From an uncultured Terracidiphilus sp. (GTDB lineage: Bacteria > Acidobacteriota > Terriglobia > Terriglobales > Acidobacteriaceae): 64,000 nucleotides of DNA. The notes below the pieces were generated by a model, which ran no database searches, was not told the DNA's origin, and was given only the letters and a program-made list of their open reading frames with translations. Below, piece by piece: positions 54,967 through 64,000 of the stretch; the stretch's first letter is position 1, and every line of letters begins with the position of its first letter. The translations under genes and the position numbers were made by a program. The stretch covers positions 42,641-106,640 of the forward strand of contig CAYTJN010000001.1 of NCBI GenBank assembly GCA_964438125.1, read 5' to 3'.

Positions 54967-54985
54967 GTTCAACCGGAGGCCGTTC

Positions 54986-55702
54986 ATGGAATCGACACGC
55001 GAAGGAAATTGCAGGAGCCAGTTCAATCGTACCGGAGAGTTTTTCAGCAAGCTACCGAATTCGGCATTGGAAAGTTTTCGCGCTATGGAGCGCCCGGCGC
55101 CCTATGCGGCTAATGTGGTGCTTTTCGCAGAGGGAGATCCGGTAAGGGCACTGTTTGTTGTTCTTTCCGGCGAGGTTCGCCTTTCGATCAACTCGAGCGA
55201 AGGAAAGCGTCTGAGCCTGCGCATCGCAAGGGAAGGCGACATCATCGGTTTGTCGTCAACACTCACTGGCACCTCGTACGATATGACAGCCGAAACACTC
55301 TACCCCTCAAAGATTGCCACCATCGAGCGCCGTGAGTTCCTGAGCTTTCTGGCGCGCCACCCAGAAGCCTACCAGGCTGTGACTGAAGAGCTTGGACGTC
55401 ACATGTCCGAGGCTTGTTCGCAGTTGCGCACCCTGGGGCTGTGCTCTACCGCACCCGAGAAACTCGCGCGTCTGTTGCTGGAGTGGAGCGATCGCGGGCA
55501 GACAAAAGAGGCCGGAAGCCGCCTGCGTTTTTCCTTGACCCATGAAGAAATTGGGGATTTCATCGGCACTTCGCGCGAAACCGTGACACGCACGCTCAAC
55601 AACTTCAAAAACCGGCGTCTGGTGGCTTTCCAAGGTTCCATGATGACAATTCCAAGCCGCGCGGCACTGGCAAATTATGCCCACGGACAGGCTTACAACT
55701 AA
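54986..55702 (+). CDS. Crp/Fnr family transcriptional regulator
   Basis: It has a cNMP-binding-like beta-roll (LFAEGDPVRALFVVLSGEVRLS) and a C-terminal HTH (IGTSRETVTRTLNNFKNRRLV). Confidence 0.85.
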   Translation: MESTREGNCRSQFNRTGEFFSKLPNSALESFRAMERPAPYAANVVLFAEGDPVRALFVVLSGEVRLSINSSEGKRLSLRIAREGDIIGLSSTLTGTSYDMTAETLYPSKIATIERREFLSFLARHPEAYQAVTEELGRHMSEACSQLRTLGLCSTAPEKLARLLLEWSDRGQTKEAGSRLRFSLTHEEIGDFIGTSRETVTRTLNNFKNRRLVAFQGSMMTIPSRAALANYAHGQAYN

Positions 55703-55748
55703 GGTTCATCCCAAATATTCATAAACTAATACTTATTCATAAAACCAA

Positions 55749-55785
55749 TCCCACTCGGCGGCGTTCGCTGGACCGTCGAGTGGGA
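55749..55785 (+). terminator. long hairpin downstream of the Crp-family gene (possible terminator, weak U-tract)
   Basis: A 13-bp stem with one G-U pair (55749-55761 pairs with 55773-55785) has an 11-nt loop and is followed by ATTACTCT. Confidence 0.3.
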
Positions 55786-55956
55786 ATTACTCTCCAAACG
55801 CACTGCACCAGAGATTTGAGATTCGAGCGCCGTGACCCGAACAAGGGAACGGACGGCGAGCACTCCGTCGAGTTGCTTATTGCGCATGCGAACGCCGCGC
55901 GGCCTCGATCCGGTAAACTGCTGAGAATCCCGGATCGCCGGCGAGGAAGCCCGTAA

Positions 55957-57429
55957 ATGTCTCTGCTTTATGTTGTTGTTTTGGCCATCATTGTAGTTGT
56001 GCTGCTGGCGGTCGCGCTTTATCGCTCCACCCAAGTCAAGACCAAAGCCGACTACCTTGTCGCCGGGCGGTCGCTGCCGGCGGCCGTGCTGGTTTTGACG
56101 CTGCTGACCTCATGGATCGGCGCAGGCAGCCTCTTTGCTGGGGCTGAGAACGCATACAAGAATGGCTTTGCCGCGCTCTGGCAGCCGGCCGGTGGCTGGC
56201 TTGGCCTGTTGCTTATCTACTTCCTCGCGCCCCGAGCGCGCAAATTTGCGCAGTTCACACTGCCGGATCTGCTTGAGGTCCGCTACAACCAGACGGCGCG
56301 GGTGCTAGGCACGATCGCTATCCTCTTCGCCTATATCGGCATTACCAGTTACCAGTTTCGCGGCGGCGGCGACGTGCTGCACCTGATCTTTCCCGAGACG
56401 GTGACACCGCTGCTGGGCACGTACATTATTGCCGTCTTTGTCATTGTGACTACCTCCCTGGCCGGTATGTCGTCGGTGGTCCACATGGACACGGTCATTG
56501 GCTCGCTGGTGACCGGAATCTGCATCATCGCCGCGCCTTATCTTTTCTTGCAGGCCGGCGGCTGGGCCGGGCTACACGCTGCGCTGCCGCCCCAATACTT
56601 CGAAGTGTTGGGCAACTATCGGCTCAGCCCCGAACATGTGCGGCAATCGGCAGGAATGGGCGTGGTTCGCGCGCTCGAATTCCTGGTGCCCACGATGCTG
56701 CTGATGCTGGGCAACCAGGTGATGTACCAGAAGTTCTTCTCGGCAAAGTCGGAGAAGGACGCTCGCATATCAGTCGTAGGTTGGATTCTCGGCACGATGC
56801 TGCTCGAGACACTGATCGTGGCCATCGCGGTCTTCGGTCGAGCGCTTTATCCCACCGGCGAAGTGGCTCTGCATCCCCGCGAGATCATTCCCTATACGGC
56901 GCGCCACGGGCTACCCGCATTCATGGGCGCGGTGCTGCTGGGCGCGGTCTTTGCCAAGGTCATTTCTACGGCCTCGAATTATCTGTTCTCGCCGGCGACT
57001 AATTTGGTGGAGGACGTTTTTGTTCGTTACATCTCTCCAGGAGCTTCGAACAAGCGGATTCTGATTGCCTCGCGGCTGGCTGTGGTGCTGCTGGGCTGCT
57101 GGGCGCTCTACCAGGCTGTCTATGCGGAGAGCATCCTCAAAAAAATGTTGTGGGCTTACACCATCTACTCCGCCGCGCTGACGCCTGTGGTGCTGGCGGC
57201 GTTCTTTTCAAAGCGGGTCACGGCCTGGGGCGCAGTGGCGGCTATCGGAACCGGCACGGTGGTTACCCTGGCCTGGGATCTGCCCGGTGTGAAGGGCCTT
57301 TTTCCGCACCTTCTGGCCGACAGAGACGCAATCTTTCCCGCGCTCTTTGGAGCCGTTGCGGCGATGATCGTGGTCAGCCTGTTTACCGCCAAGCCGTCGG
57401 CGAAGCAGTTGGAACAGTTCGCAGATTGA
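55957..57429 (+). CDS. sodium:solute symporter (SSS) family transporter
   Basis: The 490-aa protein has about 13 TM segments. Its N-terminal region reads DYLVAGRSLPAAVLVLTLLTSWIGAGSLFAGAENAY. Confidence 0.85.
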   Translation: MSLLYVVVLAIIVVVLLAVALYRSTQVKTKADYLVAGRSLPAAVLVLTLLTSWIGAGSLFAGAENAYKNGFAALWQPAGGWLGLLLIYFLAPRARKFAQFTLPDLLEVRYNQTARVLGTIAILFAYIGITSYQFRGGGDVLHLIFPETVTPLLGTYIIAVFVIVTTSLAGMSSVVHMDTVIGSLVTGICIIAAPYLFLQAGGWAGLHAALPPQYFEVLGNYRLSPEHVRQSAGMGVVRALEFLVPTMLLMLGNQVMYQKFFSAKSEKDARISVVGWILGTMLLETLIVAIAVFGRALYPTGEVALHPREIIPYTARHGLPAFMGAVLLGAVFAKVISTASNYLFSPATNLVEDVFVRYISPGASNKRILIASRLAVVLLGCWALYQAVYAESILKKMLWAYTIYSAALTPVVLAAFFSKRVTAWGAVAAIGTGTVVTLAWDLPGVKGLFPHLLADRDAIFPALFGAVAAMIVVSLFTAKPSAKQLEQFAD

Positions 57430-57500
57430 GGCGCTCGGGCCGCTCAGAATAAAATCTTTTCGCACGCCACAACCCGACCTACACTATCGGTGTAACCTGT

Positions 57501-57833
57501 GTGATGCCAATGCCGGTGGCCTACTTGACGCTCGAAATCCGCATTGAGCACGCCCAGTCGCTCAAGGACCGGCGGCAGGTGGTGCGCTCGATGAAAGATC
57601 AACTACGCCAGGGCTTCAATATCTCCGTGGCCGAATTGGATGAGGCGGTGACCTGGCAGTCGGCAACCATCGGAGTGGTTGCTGTTTCGCGGTCGCGCGA
57701 TTATCTTCACGGGCTCATTGAAGAGGTAGAGCGAGCGGCCCGGCGCATGACCAATGAACTCGGAGCCGAACTCATCGATTCGTTCTGGGATTACCTCGAA
57801 TTGGACCCAGATCCACCGAGCGACGAACCATAA
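57501..57833 (+). CDS. DUF503 (YlxP-like) protein
   Basis: The sequence LEIRIEHAQSLKDRRQVVRSMKDQLRQGFNISVAELD is typical of DUF503. Confidence 0.7.
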   Translation: MMPMPVAYLTLEIRIEHAQSLKDRRQVVRSMKDQLRQGFNISVAELDEAVTWQSATIGVVAVSRSRDYLHGLIEEVERAARRMTNELGAELIDSFWDYLELDPDPPSDEP

Positions 57834-58105
57834 CCATTTAATTACCTGCAAGCTTTCGAAAATATGGGAGGGGGGGTGGGGGTAGGCCCTCCGGAATTGG
57901 GAAATGGAGCCCGGCCACGCCGACTTCACCTGACTTATTCTCATTGTGCGCCTGCGGAGGTTAATGATCGGCAAAACTGCGGGAGACACGCCGGCGGCGG
58001 CATGGCGACCGTGAACCGGCCGCTCAACCGACTCGCGTTTTGCGGTGACCGGATGTCTAACTGGGGCGGAAGGCCGACAGGCAAATGAAAACAAAGGAGG
58101 CGTTC

Positions 58106-58576
58106 ATGAGCACACTTGAAAACTTTCCCCGCATCACGCCGTTTCTTTGGTTCGACTCGAACGCAGAAGAGGCGGTTGATTTTTACTTGACGGTATTCAA
58201 GAACTCACGCCGTCTCGACGAAGTGCGCAATACCGGCGATGCGCCCGGACCCAAAGGAGGCATCCTGACGATTGCGTTTGAACTCGACGGCCAGAAATTC
58301 ACCGCTCTCAATGGCGGACCTGCCTTCAAATTCACCGAGGCAATCTCGTTTACAGTCCGGTGCGACACGCAGGAGGAGATCGACGAGTACTGGTCGAAAC
58401 TCACCGCGGGCGGCAGCGAGGTCCAGTGTGGATGGCTCAAGGACAAATTCGGTCTTAGCTGGCAGATTGTGCCGGCGCGGCTGCCTGAGCTGATCAAGAG
58501 TCCTCGGGGGATGCAGGCCATGATGAAGATGGTCAAGTTCGACATTGCGGAACTTGAACGCGCTGCAAAGTCATGA
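58106..58576 (+). CDS. VOC/PhnB-like (3-demethylubiquinone-9 3-methyltransferase-domain) protein
   Basis: Motifs are ITPFLWFDSNAEEAVDFYLTVFKNS and KFGLSWQIVP. ATG 58106 is preceded by AAGGAGG. Confidence 0.8.
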   Translation: MSTLENFPRITPFLWFDSNAEEAVDFYLTVFKNSRRLDEVRNTGDAPGPKGGILTIAFELDGQKFTALNGGPAFKFTEAISFTVRCDTQEEIDEYWSKLTAGGSEVQCGWLKDKFGLSWQIVPARLPELIKSPRGMQAMMKMVKFDIAELERAAKS

Positions 58577-58610
58577 TCGGTCAGGCCGTTGGCCGCGACC
58601 AATCCAGCTT

Positions 58611-60323
58611 TTATCCCTTCCGCGATGCGATCAGCTCCAGCAGGGCCGTTCGCACTCTGTCGATGACTGGGCGCCAATCGCCGTCGCGCCTCTGGCGGAA
58701 AAGCCGCGCGGTGGGATACCAAGGGCTGTCTTCGCGATCCATCAGCCAGCGCCAGTCGGGAGTGTGGCCTAAAAGAACCCAGACGGGACGGGCCAAGGCT
58801 CCGGCAAGGTGGGCCATGGAGGTATCGATGGTGACGATCAGGTCGAGATTCGCCATTTGCGCCGCCGTATCGGCCATATCCCCGGTGAAGGGGGCAAGGT
58901 CGGTAATGGGCAGCTTGCGGGCGGCAAGGTCGGCGGCGGCGGGCCCCATCTGGAGGGAGTAAAAGTGCACGTTTGGGAGATCGAGCAGCGACTCAAGAAT
59001 CTCAAGAGGCACGGAACGGAAGCGATTCTTGGGGTGATCCGGATTGCCCGTCCATGCCAGCCCGACCTTGAGCCCCGAGGCCGGCAAGGGTAGGGTTGCC
59101 GCAGCTTGGAGGGCCTCGGGCGGAGCGGATAGATAGGGCACGCGCGCGGGAACGGTCTCAAGAGTGGTCCCGAAGGCCAGCGGAAGGCTCATCAATGGGC
59201 AATGGCAGTCGAAGTAAGGCAAAGGGCCGCCGGTCTTGATCAAGGCCAGGATGCCGGGGAATCCGTTGACAAGCCGATGGAGCTTGGCAGGAAGGTCAAG
59301 CATGACTTTGCCACCGGCAGCCTGTACAAGTGGCACATAACGCAGGAATTGAAGTGAGTCGCCTAATCCCTGCTCGGCGTGGAGCAGGATGCGCGCACCT
59401 TTGAGGGGCGCACCGAGCCACAGGGGTTGGGAAAAGGTGCGGGGCGTGTAGACCTCCCAACGCACCTCGTAGTTGCGCCAGCCGTTTACATAGTCGCCTT
59501 GAAGCAGTTGCAGCAGGCACTGGTTCATTCGAGCGTCGCCGAAATGGGGATTCAAGGCCAGGCAGCGCTCGCCCCAAGCCATGGATTGCACAAGGTCGCC
59601 CTTGTCAAAATAGCCATTGCAGAGGCAGTTACAGGCCTTGCTGTGCTTCGGGTCAAGCTCCAGTGTCCGCGTGTACCAGAAGATGGCCTCATCGACCTTG
59701 CCCTGGGCATGGAGAGCATCGCCCAGGTTGCAGCAGAGATCGGCGTGCTCTGGCGCCATGATCATGGCGCGCTCAAAACAGTCGATCGCTTCGTCGAGTT
59801 TTTTCTGCTGTCGATAGGCGGCGCCCAAATTGCACAATGCGTCGAGGAAGCGGGGATTGATCTCGAGCGCGCGCTTGTAGGCAGCCACAGCCTCTTCGAG
59901 CTTCTTCTGGATCAAGAGGGTGTTTCCCAGGTTGTAAAAGGACTCCTCGTGAACGGGGTTGATCTTTATCGCCCGGTCAAAACAGGACACGGCCTCATCG
60001 AGCTTGTTTTGCGCCTTAAGCGCGTTCCCGAGATTGGAATGATAGAAAGCCTGACGCGGGTTTGCGGCGATGGCCCGGCGAATCATCCGCTCGGCCATCT
60101 CGTAGCGCTGGGTCTTCAAGCCGGCCAATCCGAGCAGATAGAGAGCGTCCGCGTGACGGACGTCAAAAGCCAGAATCTGGAGGCAAAGCCGCTCGACATC
60201 GGCGATGTGATCCAATTCATACTCGCGTAGAGCGAGCGTGAATAACATCCGAATCTTTTCGGTGGTTTCGTTCCTCAGTGTTCTTTCGGGCTGACGGGCG
60301 ACGGAATATGATGCGCATCTCAT
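58611..60323 (-). CDS. TPR-repeat protein with C-terminal GT9 (heptosyltransferase)-like domain
   Basis: It has multiple 34-aa TPR units (...AIxxYxxALxxxPxxxxAxxNLG...) and a C-terminal region GLGDSLQFLRYVPL...DLIVTIDTSMAHLAGALARPVWVLL. Confidence 0.7.
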   Translation of the reverse strand: MRCASYSVARQPERTLRNETTEKIRMLFTLALREYELDHIADVERLCLQILAFDVRHADALYLLGLAGLKTQRYEMAERMIRRAIAANPRQAFYHSNLGNALKAQNKLDEAVSCFDRAIKINPVHEESFYNLGNTLLIQKKLEEAVAAYKRALEINPRFLDALCNLGAAYRQQKKLDEAIDCFERAMIMAPEHADLCCNLGDALHAQGKVDEAIFWYTRTLELDPKHSKACNCLCNGYFDKGDLVQSMAWGERCLALNPHFGDARMNQCLLQLLQGDYVNGWRNYEVRWEVYTPRTFSQPLWLGAPLKGARILLHAEQGLGDSLQFLRYVPLVQAAGGKVMLDLPAKLHRLVNGFPGILALIKTGGPLPYFDCHCPLMSLPLAFGTTLETVPARVPYLSAPPEALQAAATLPLPASGLKVGLAWTGNPDHPKNRFRSVPLEILESLLDLPNVHFYSLQMGPAAADLAARKLPITDLAPFTGDMADTAAQMANLDLIVTIDTSMAHLAGALARPVWVLLGHTPDWRWLMDREDSPWYPTARLFRQRRDGDWRPVIDRVRTALLELIASRKG

Positions 60324-60558
60324 CGTTTGACAGGAACCTTTCCCAAGAGATGAACGTCGACAGCTCTTAAATGATTGAGAGGATTATGGAACTGTCCTCC
60401 CCCGACCATCTCGGCCGGAGAATCTCGTACGGAACTTTGCAATTTAACGACCCGCACTGGACAGCCAAGGTTAGAAAGGACTGAAATGAGACTCTCAGCG
60501 GAAAGGCGGTTGGCGACCTCTGGTATGCTGAAGGGTTTAGGCGGGTCGGGAGGGATTC

Positions 60559-60999
60559 ATGCCGGAGCACAGAGGGCGCAAGCACCATCAGGATCGGGTC
60601 GCGGAGACGCTGCGAGAGGAGATCGGCGTTCTGATTGAGGGCGAACTGGTTGATCCGCGCATCGATCTGTGCTACGTGACCGAGGTGGCGTTGAATCCTG
60701 GGGGCAAGTCGGCGCGAGTGTATGTGGCGATCGACAGCGCGGTGAAGGATATTGCCAAAGCCGAAGAGGATACGGTGGCGGGTCTTGAGGCTGCGAAGGG
60801 ATTTATCCGCTATGAGCTGAAGGAACGGATGGGCGTGCGTCACGTGCCCGAGTTGAGCTTTCTTGCCGACCGCTCGGGCCGCTTTCAATCGCGCATTGAG
60901 GAGTTGATGGAGAGGCACCGTAAACGGCAGAAGCCGGCCGCCGAGGTGAGCGCCGCTGGGCAGAGTCCAGCAGGTGAGCAAAAGATAACGCAGGAGTAG
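60559..60999 (+). CDS. rbfA: ribosome-binding factor A
   Basis: Motifs are RVAETLREEIGVLIEGELVDPRI and HVPELSF, with a long C-terminal tail. Confidence 0.85.
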   Translation: MPEHRGRKHHQDRVAETLREEIGVLIEGELVDPRIDLCYVTEVALNPGGKSARVYVAIDSAVKDIAKAEEDTVAGLEAAKGFIRYELKERMGVRHVPELSFLADRSGRFQSRIEELMERHRKRQKPAAEVSAAGQSPAGEQKITQE

Positions 61000-61006
61000 C
61001 CCAAGC

Positions 61007-62077
61007 ATGGATCATGCGAGCCGCAGCATTTCGTTCCAACCGATGGATGGGGCCTCAGGCGTTGGAGCGGCTGCAAGTTCGGGGTCGGCACCGAGGTGCG
61101 AGACCGTCGACCGGATGGAAGCGATCCTCGATATCCTGCGCTGCGGCGAGCGGTTCCTGGTTTGTTCCCATATGCGACCGGATGGCGATGCAGTGGGGTC
61201 GGTGCTGGCGATGGGATTGCTGCTGAAACAGTTGGGCAAGCGGGCGGACCTGGTGACGGCGGATCGAATTCCAAGGGTTCATCGGGTGCTGCCAGGCGCA
61301 GAAGAGATTCGGACGGTGGAGCGGGTGGAGGGGGAGTATGACGCGGCGATTCTGCTCGAATGCGACGGGCTGGAACGGACCCGACTGCTCGGCTTGGAGC
61401 GCTTCTTCCTGATCAACATCGATCATCACACGACCGGTTGCGAGTATGCGGATTTGAATTGGATTGACCGGGGAGCGGCCAGCGTGGGGGAGTTGGTCTA
61501 CCGACTGGCCAAGGCCGCAGGGATCGCGATTACGCCTGAGATGGCCACCTGCCTTTACACCACGGTGCTGACCGACACGGGCGGTTTTTGCTACGGCTCG
61601 ACGCAGGCATCGACATTCGGGCTGGCGCAGGAGCTGGTGCTGGCGGGGGCCGACCCGATTCGCATCGCGCATAACGTGTATTTTTCGACGCCCACCTCGA
61701 AGTTGCTGCTGTTGGGCGCGGCGCTCAGCAATCTGAATTGCGAGGACCGGTTGGCGTGGCTGTGGGTGACCGGGGAGGATCTAGCGCGGACCCATGCCAC
61801 TGAGGAGGATTGCGAGGGCATTGTGAACTTTGCATTGTGCGCCTCGGGTGTGGAGGCCGCTGTTTTTTTGCGCGAGATGCCGAATCAGCGCGTCCAGTTA
61901 AGCCTGCGAAGCAAGGGGCGGATCAACGTGGCCGCGATCGCTGAGAGGCTGGGCGGAGGAGGACATGAAAGCGCGGCCGGTTGCGCAGTGTTGGGACCAC
62001 TGGAGCGCGCGCTCAAGGAGATCCTCAGCCAACTGCGCCCCAGCGTGGATGCGCTGCGAGAGCAAGCAGGGTTATAG
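61007..62077 (+). CDS. DHH/DHHA1 phosphoesterase (NrnA-like)
   Basis: Motifs are FLVCSHMRPDGDAVGS, INIDHH and GGGGHESAAG. The true start may be ATG 61115 (MEAILDIL). Confidence 0.85.
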   Translation: MDHASRSISFQPMDGASGVGAAASSGSAPRCETVDRMEAILDILRCGERFLVCSHMRPDGDAVGSVLAMGLLLKQLGKRADLVTADRIPRVHRVLPGAEEIRTVERVEGEYDAAILLECDGLERTRLLGLERFFLINIDHHTTGCEYADLNWIDRGAASVGELVYRLAKAAGIAITPEMATCLYTTVLTDTGGFCYGSTQASTFGLAQELVLAGADPIRIAHNVYFSTPTSKLLLLGAALSNLNCEDRLAWLWVTGEDLARTHATEEDCEGIVNFALCASGVEAAVFLREMPNQRVQLSLRSKGRINVAAIAERLGGGGHESAAGCAVLGPLERALKEILSQLRPSVDALREQAGL

Positions 62078-62339
62078 AATACGTCAAGTTCTACTCGAAT
62101 CTGATAGCCTTTACCCTGTCGAACCACGGCACAAACTTCGCGGCTTAAACGAGCGCGGACCCTGGGCGAAGTCTGCCAGCTCTCCCCCAGAGCAAACCAG
62201 GGATGGTGTAGCCTGATTTGCACCGCCGCAGGGCGCGGTTCCCTGTGGGTCGCGTCGGCTGCTTGGGCGCACCGGGATTGAAGCCGGCATCGCTGGCCTG
62301 CAGAAGGCAAGCGAGAGCCCGTTTGGAGAAACGCTGTAA

Positions 62340-64000
62340 GTGGAAAAGATTGAGCAACCATCCGGTCTTGATTCGCCTGAAGGCTGGCGCATACGGCTGC
62401 CTCGGTGGACAACTGTTCGGGAGGCGGCTGTCTTCCTTGCCTTCACCCTTTTTTTTCTTCTGTATGGACAGACGCCCCTGGTGGGCGGCGATGGCCTGGG
62501 ACTGGTTGGCGCCGATGAACCCCGCTATGCGCAGATCGCGCATGAGATGCTGGACCGGTTCGACTCGGCGCACACACTCAAAGGAAAACTGATCGCGTGC
62601 GTCACGCCTTATCTTTATGGTCACCCGTGGCTGGAGAAGCCGGCGCTCTATTATTGGCGGGCAATGTTCGTCTTCCAGGAGTTCGGCATGCACGACTGGA
62701 CGGCGCGCCTGCCCGCAGCCAGCTTTGCTTTCCTGATGGTGGCTTTGATCTACCTGCACATGCGGCGTTTCCGCCCCGGCGGGCACCTCGACGCGGCTCT
62801 GATTACTGTGGCCTGCGCGGGGATCATGGGCTTTGCCCGCGGCGCCTCGACCGATATGCAGATGGCGGCGCCCCTGGCGATCGGCCTGCTGGGCTGGTAT
62901 GCCTGGTATGAGACCGGCTCCAAGTTCTGGCTCTTCGACATCTATTTCTTCACCGGCGTGGCAACGCTGGCCAAGGGGCCAGTGGCGCCGTTTCTGGCCA
63001 TCGTGATTGTGACCGCATTCGCAGCCCTGCGACGCGAGTGGTCGATTCTGAGGCGGTCGTTCTGGTGGCCGGGAGCGTTGCTCTACTTTGCCATTGTGCT
63101 GCCGTGGTTCATCGCCGTGCAGCACCAGAATCCCGACTTCTTCCGCGTGTTCTTCCTGGAACATAATCTGGAGCGCTTTGCCACCAATCGCTACGAACAC
63201 CAGCAGCCCTTCTGGTACTACCTGGTTGTGGTGCTGCTGGCGGTGATGCCGTGGACGGTGATCGCGGTGCGTGCGTTAATCGACGGCATCCAGACCTCGG
63301 TCTGCGAATGGCGTGCACGCCACTTCAGCAGTTGCAAGCGCTGCCCAGGCGGGCCCGGCGATGCCTTCCCGGAGTTCCTGGTGCTGTGGGCGCTGATTCC
63401 CATCCTCTTCTTCTCCCTGTCGCAATCGAAGCTCCCCGGTTACATCCTGCCCTCGATTCCGCCGATTACCATTCTCACCGGGGATTATCTCTTCCGGCGC
63501 CGGCAGCCGGGACTGAATCGCTGGGTTCTGCTGGGCCATGCTGTGCTATGCGGCGTGACGACTATCGCAGCTCTGCTCGTGCCCTGGTTTGTGGCGCACG
63601 GCGCGCAGATGCCGCCCCTGCATGCGCTGGTAGCAGCCCTGCTGGCCTCCTGCGGCGCGGCGCTGCTGATCTTGATCGTTGTCAAGGGCTTCGGCGTGGC
63701 CCGGCTACGGCTGGTCACCTCCGGGGTGCTGGTCGTCCTCGTCTTGTTTCTCTATGGCGTGGGCCCGTTCTTTGGCATTCCGGCCATCGAGCGGACCAAG
63801 CGGGTGATTCACTTGCTCGACCGCTCCTACTCGGCACGCCCGCTGGCCGAGCAGTTGGCTGCGCAGGCGCCCGGCATCGAGACGGTCGCGGTCTTTCGCG
63901 TGCGGCGCGACGTGGAATACGGACTCTCGTTCTACAGAAACCGCGCCGTGGTGAATTACGAGGAGAGCGGAGTACCGGATGAACAGCATCTTCTGGTGAT
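62340..64000 (+). CDS. ArnT/PMT-like GT-C glycosyltransferase (family 39/83-like), 3' end beyond the window
   Basis: I translated this by hand, since it is not in the ORF track. The frame is open from GTG 62340 (GGAGAA lies 9 nt upstream, and an in-frame TAA is at 62337) to base 64000. It reads ...LVGADEPRYAQIAHEM...LAKGPVAPFLA...FFSLSQSKLPGYILP..., with many TM helices. Confidence 0.8.
   Translation, partial: MEKIEQPSGLDSPEGWRIRLPRWTTVREAAVFLAFTLFFLLYGQTPLVGGDGLGLVGADEPRYAQIAHEMLDRFDSAHTLKGKLIACVTPYLYGHPWLEKPALYYWRAMFVFQEFGMHDWTARLPAASFAFLMVALIYLHMRRFRPGGHLDAALITVACAGIMGFARGASTDMQMAAPLAIGLLGWYAWYETGSKFWLFDIYFFTGVATLAKGPVAPFLAIVIVTAFAALRREWSILRRSFWWPGALLYFAIVLPWFIAVQHQNPDFFRVFFLEHNLERFATNRYEHQQPFWYYLVVVLLAVMPWTVIAVRALIDGIQTSVCEWRARHFSSCKRCPGGPGDAFPEFLVLWALIPILFFSLSQSKLPGYILPSIPPITILTGDYLFRRRQPGLNRWVLLGHAVLCGVTTIAALLVPWFVAHGAQMPPLHALVAALLASCGAALLILIVVKGFGVARLRLVTSGVLVVLVLFLYGVGPFFGIPAIERTKRVIHLLDRSYSARPLAEQLAAQAPGIETVAVFRVRRDVEYGLSFYRNRAVVNYEESGVPDEQHLLV

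Noticed and set aside
60367-61672. Minus-strand ORFs of 213 aa (60367-61008) and 205 aa (61055-61672)
   Set aside because: They are antisense to rbfA and the DHH phosphoesterase, both of which have diagnostic motifs.
62145-63982. A 351-aa minus ORF (62145-63200) and a 243-aa plus ORF (63251-63982)
   Set aside because: Both overlap the hand-translated ArnT-like frame, which has clear family motifs. Their own translations are Arg/Pro/Gly-rich low-complexity sequence.

Overview
Most of this window (about 3.5-49.5 kb) is one large polysaccharide (EPS/capsule-type) biosynthesis and export locus. By my count, 29 of its 30 genes lie on the minus strand. It is headed by a NusG/RfaH-type antiterminator paralog and carries an export and assembly set: Wza-like, Wzc-like, Wzx-like, a priming polyprenyl-phosphate sugar transferase, RmlB, about ten glycosyltransferases and four hexapeptide acyltransferases. 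Two unusual things are embedded in the same strand block. (1) A three-gene, translationally coupled thiotemplate line: A-T, then KS-AT-ACP-aminotransferase-C-A-T, then C-T-TE. Its A-domain specificity codes, read by eye, are Thr and Gly-like, and it is accompanied by a type II thioesterase, two paralogous JmjC/FIH-like oxygenases and a membrane-anchored PAF-AH-like hydrolase. (2) An ACP / FkbH-like loader / MBOAT / DltD-like SGNH cassette that looks like a Dlt-type trans-membrane acylation system with a different loader. The left edge holds a 5'-truncated giant surface protein made of 11 tandem CHB_HEX_C-like modules. The right third (50-64 kb) holds regulators (XRE, PAS-GAF sigma54 activator, STAS-like protein, Crp/Fnr) and housekeeping-type genes (SSS transporter, DUF503, VOC, TPR-GT9-like, rbfA, DHH phosphoesterase). 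An ArnT-like GT-C gene runs off the right edge and is missing from the ORF track. I saw no rRNA, tRNA, CRISPR array, transposase or integrase. Gene content and protein styles suggest an Acidobacteriota-like soil bacterium, but that is inference only. All calls come from motif reading of the supplied translations and the DNA. No HMM or BLAST search was run, start codons are approximate, and many listed ORFs are antisense or alternate-frame shadows typical of GC-rich DNA.
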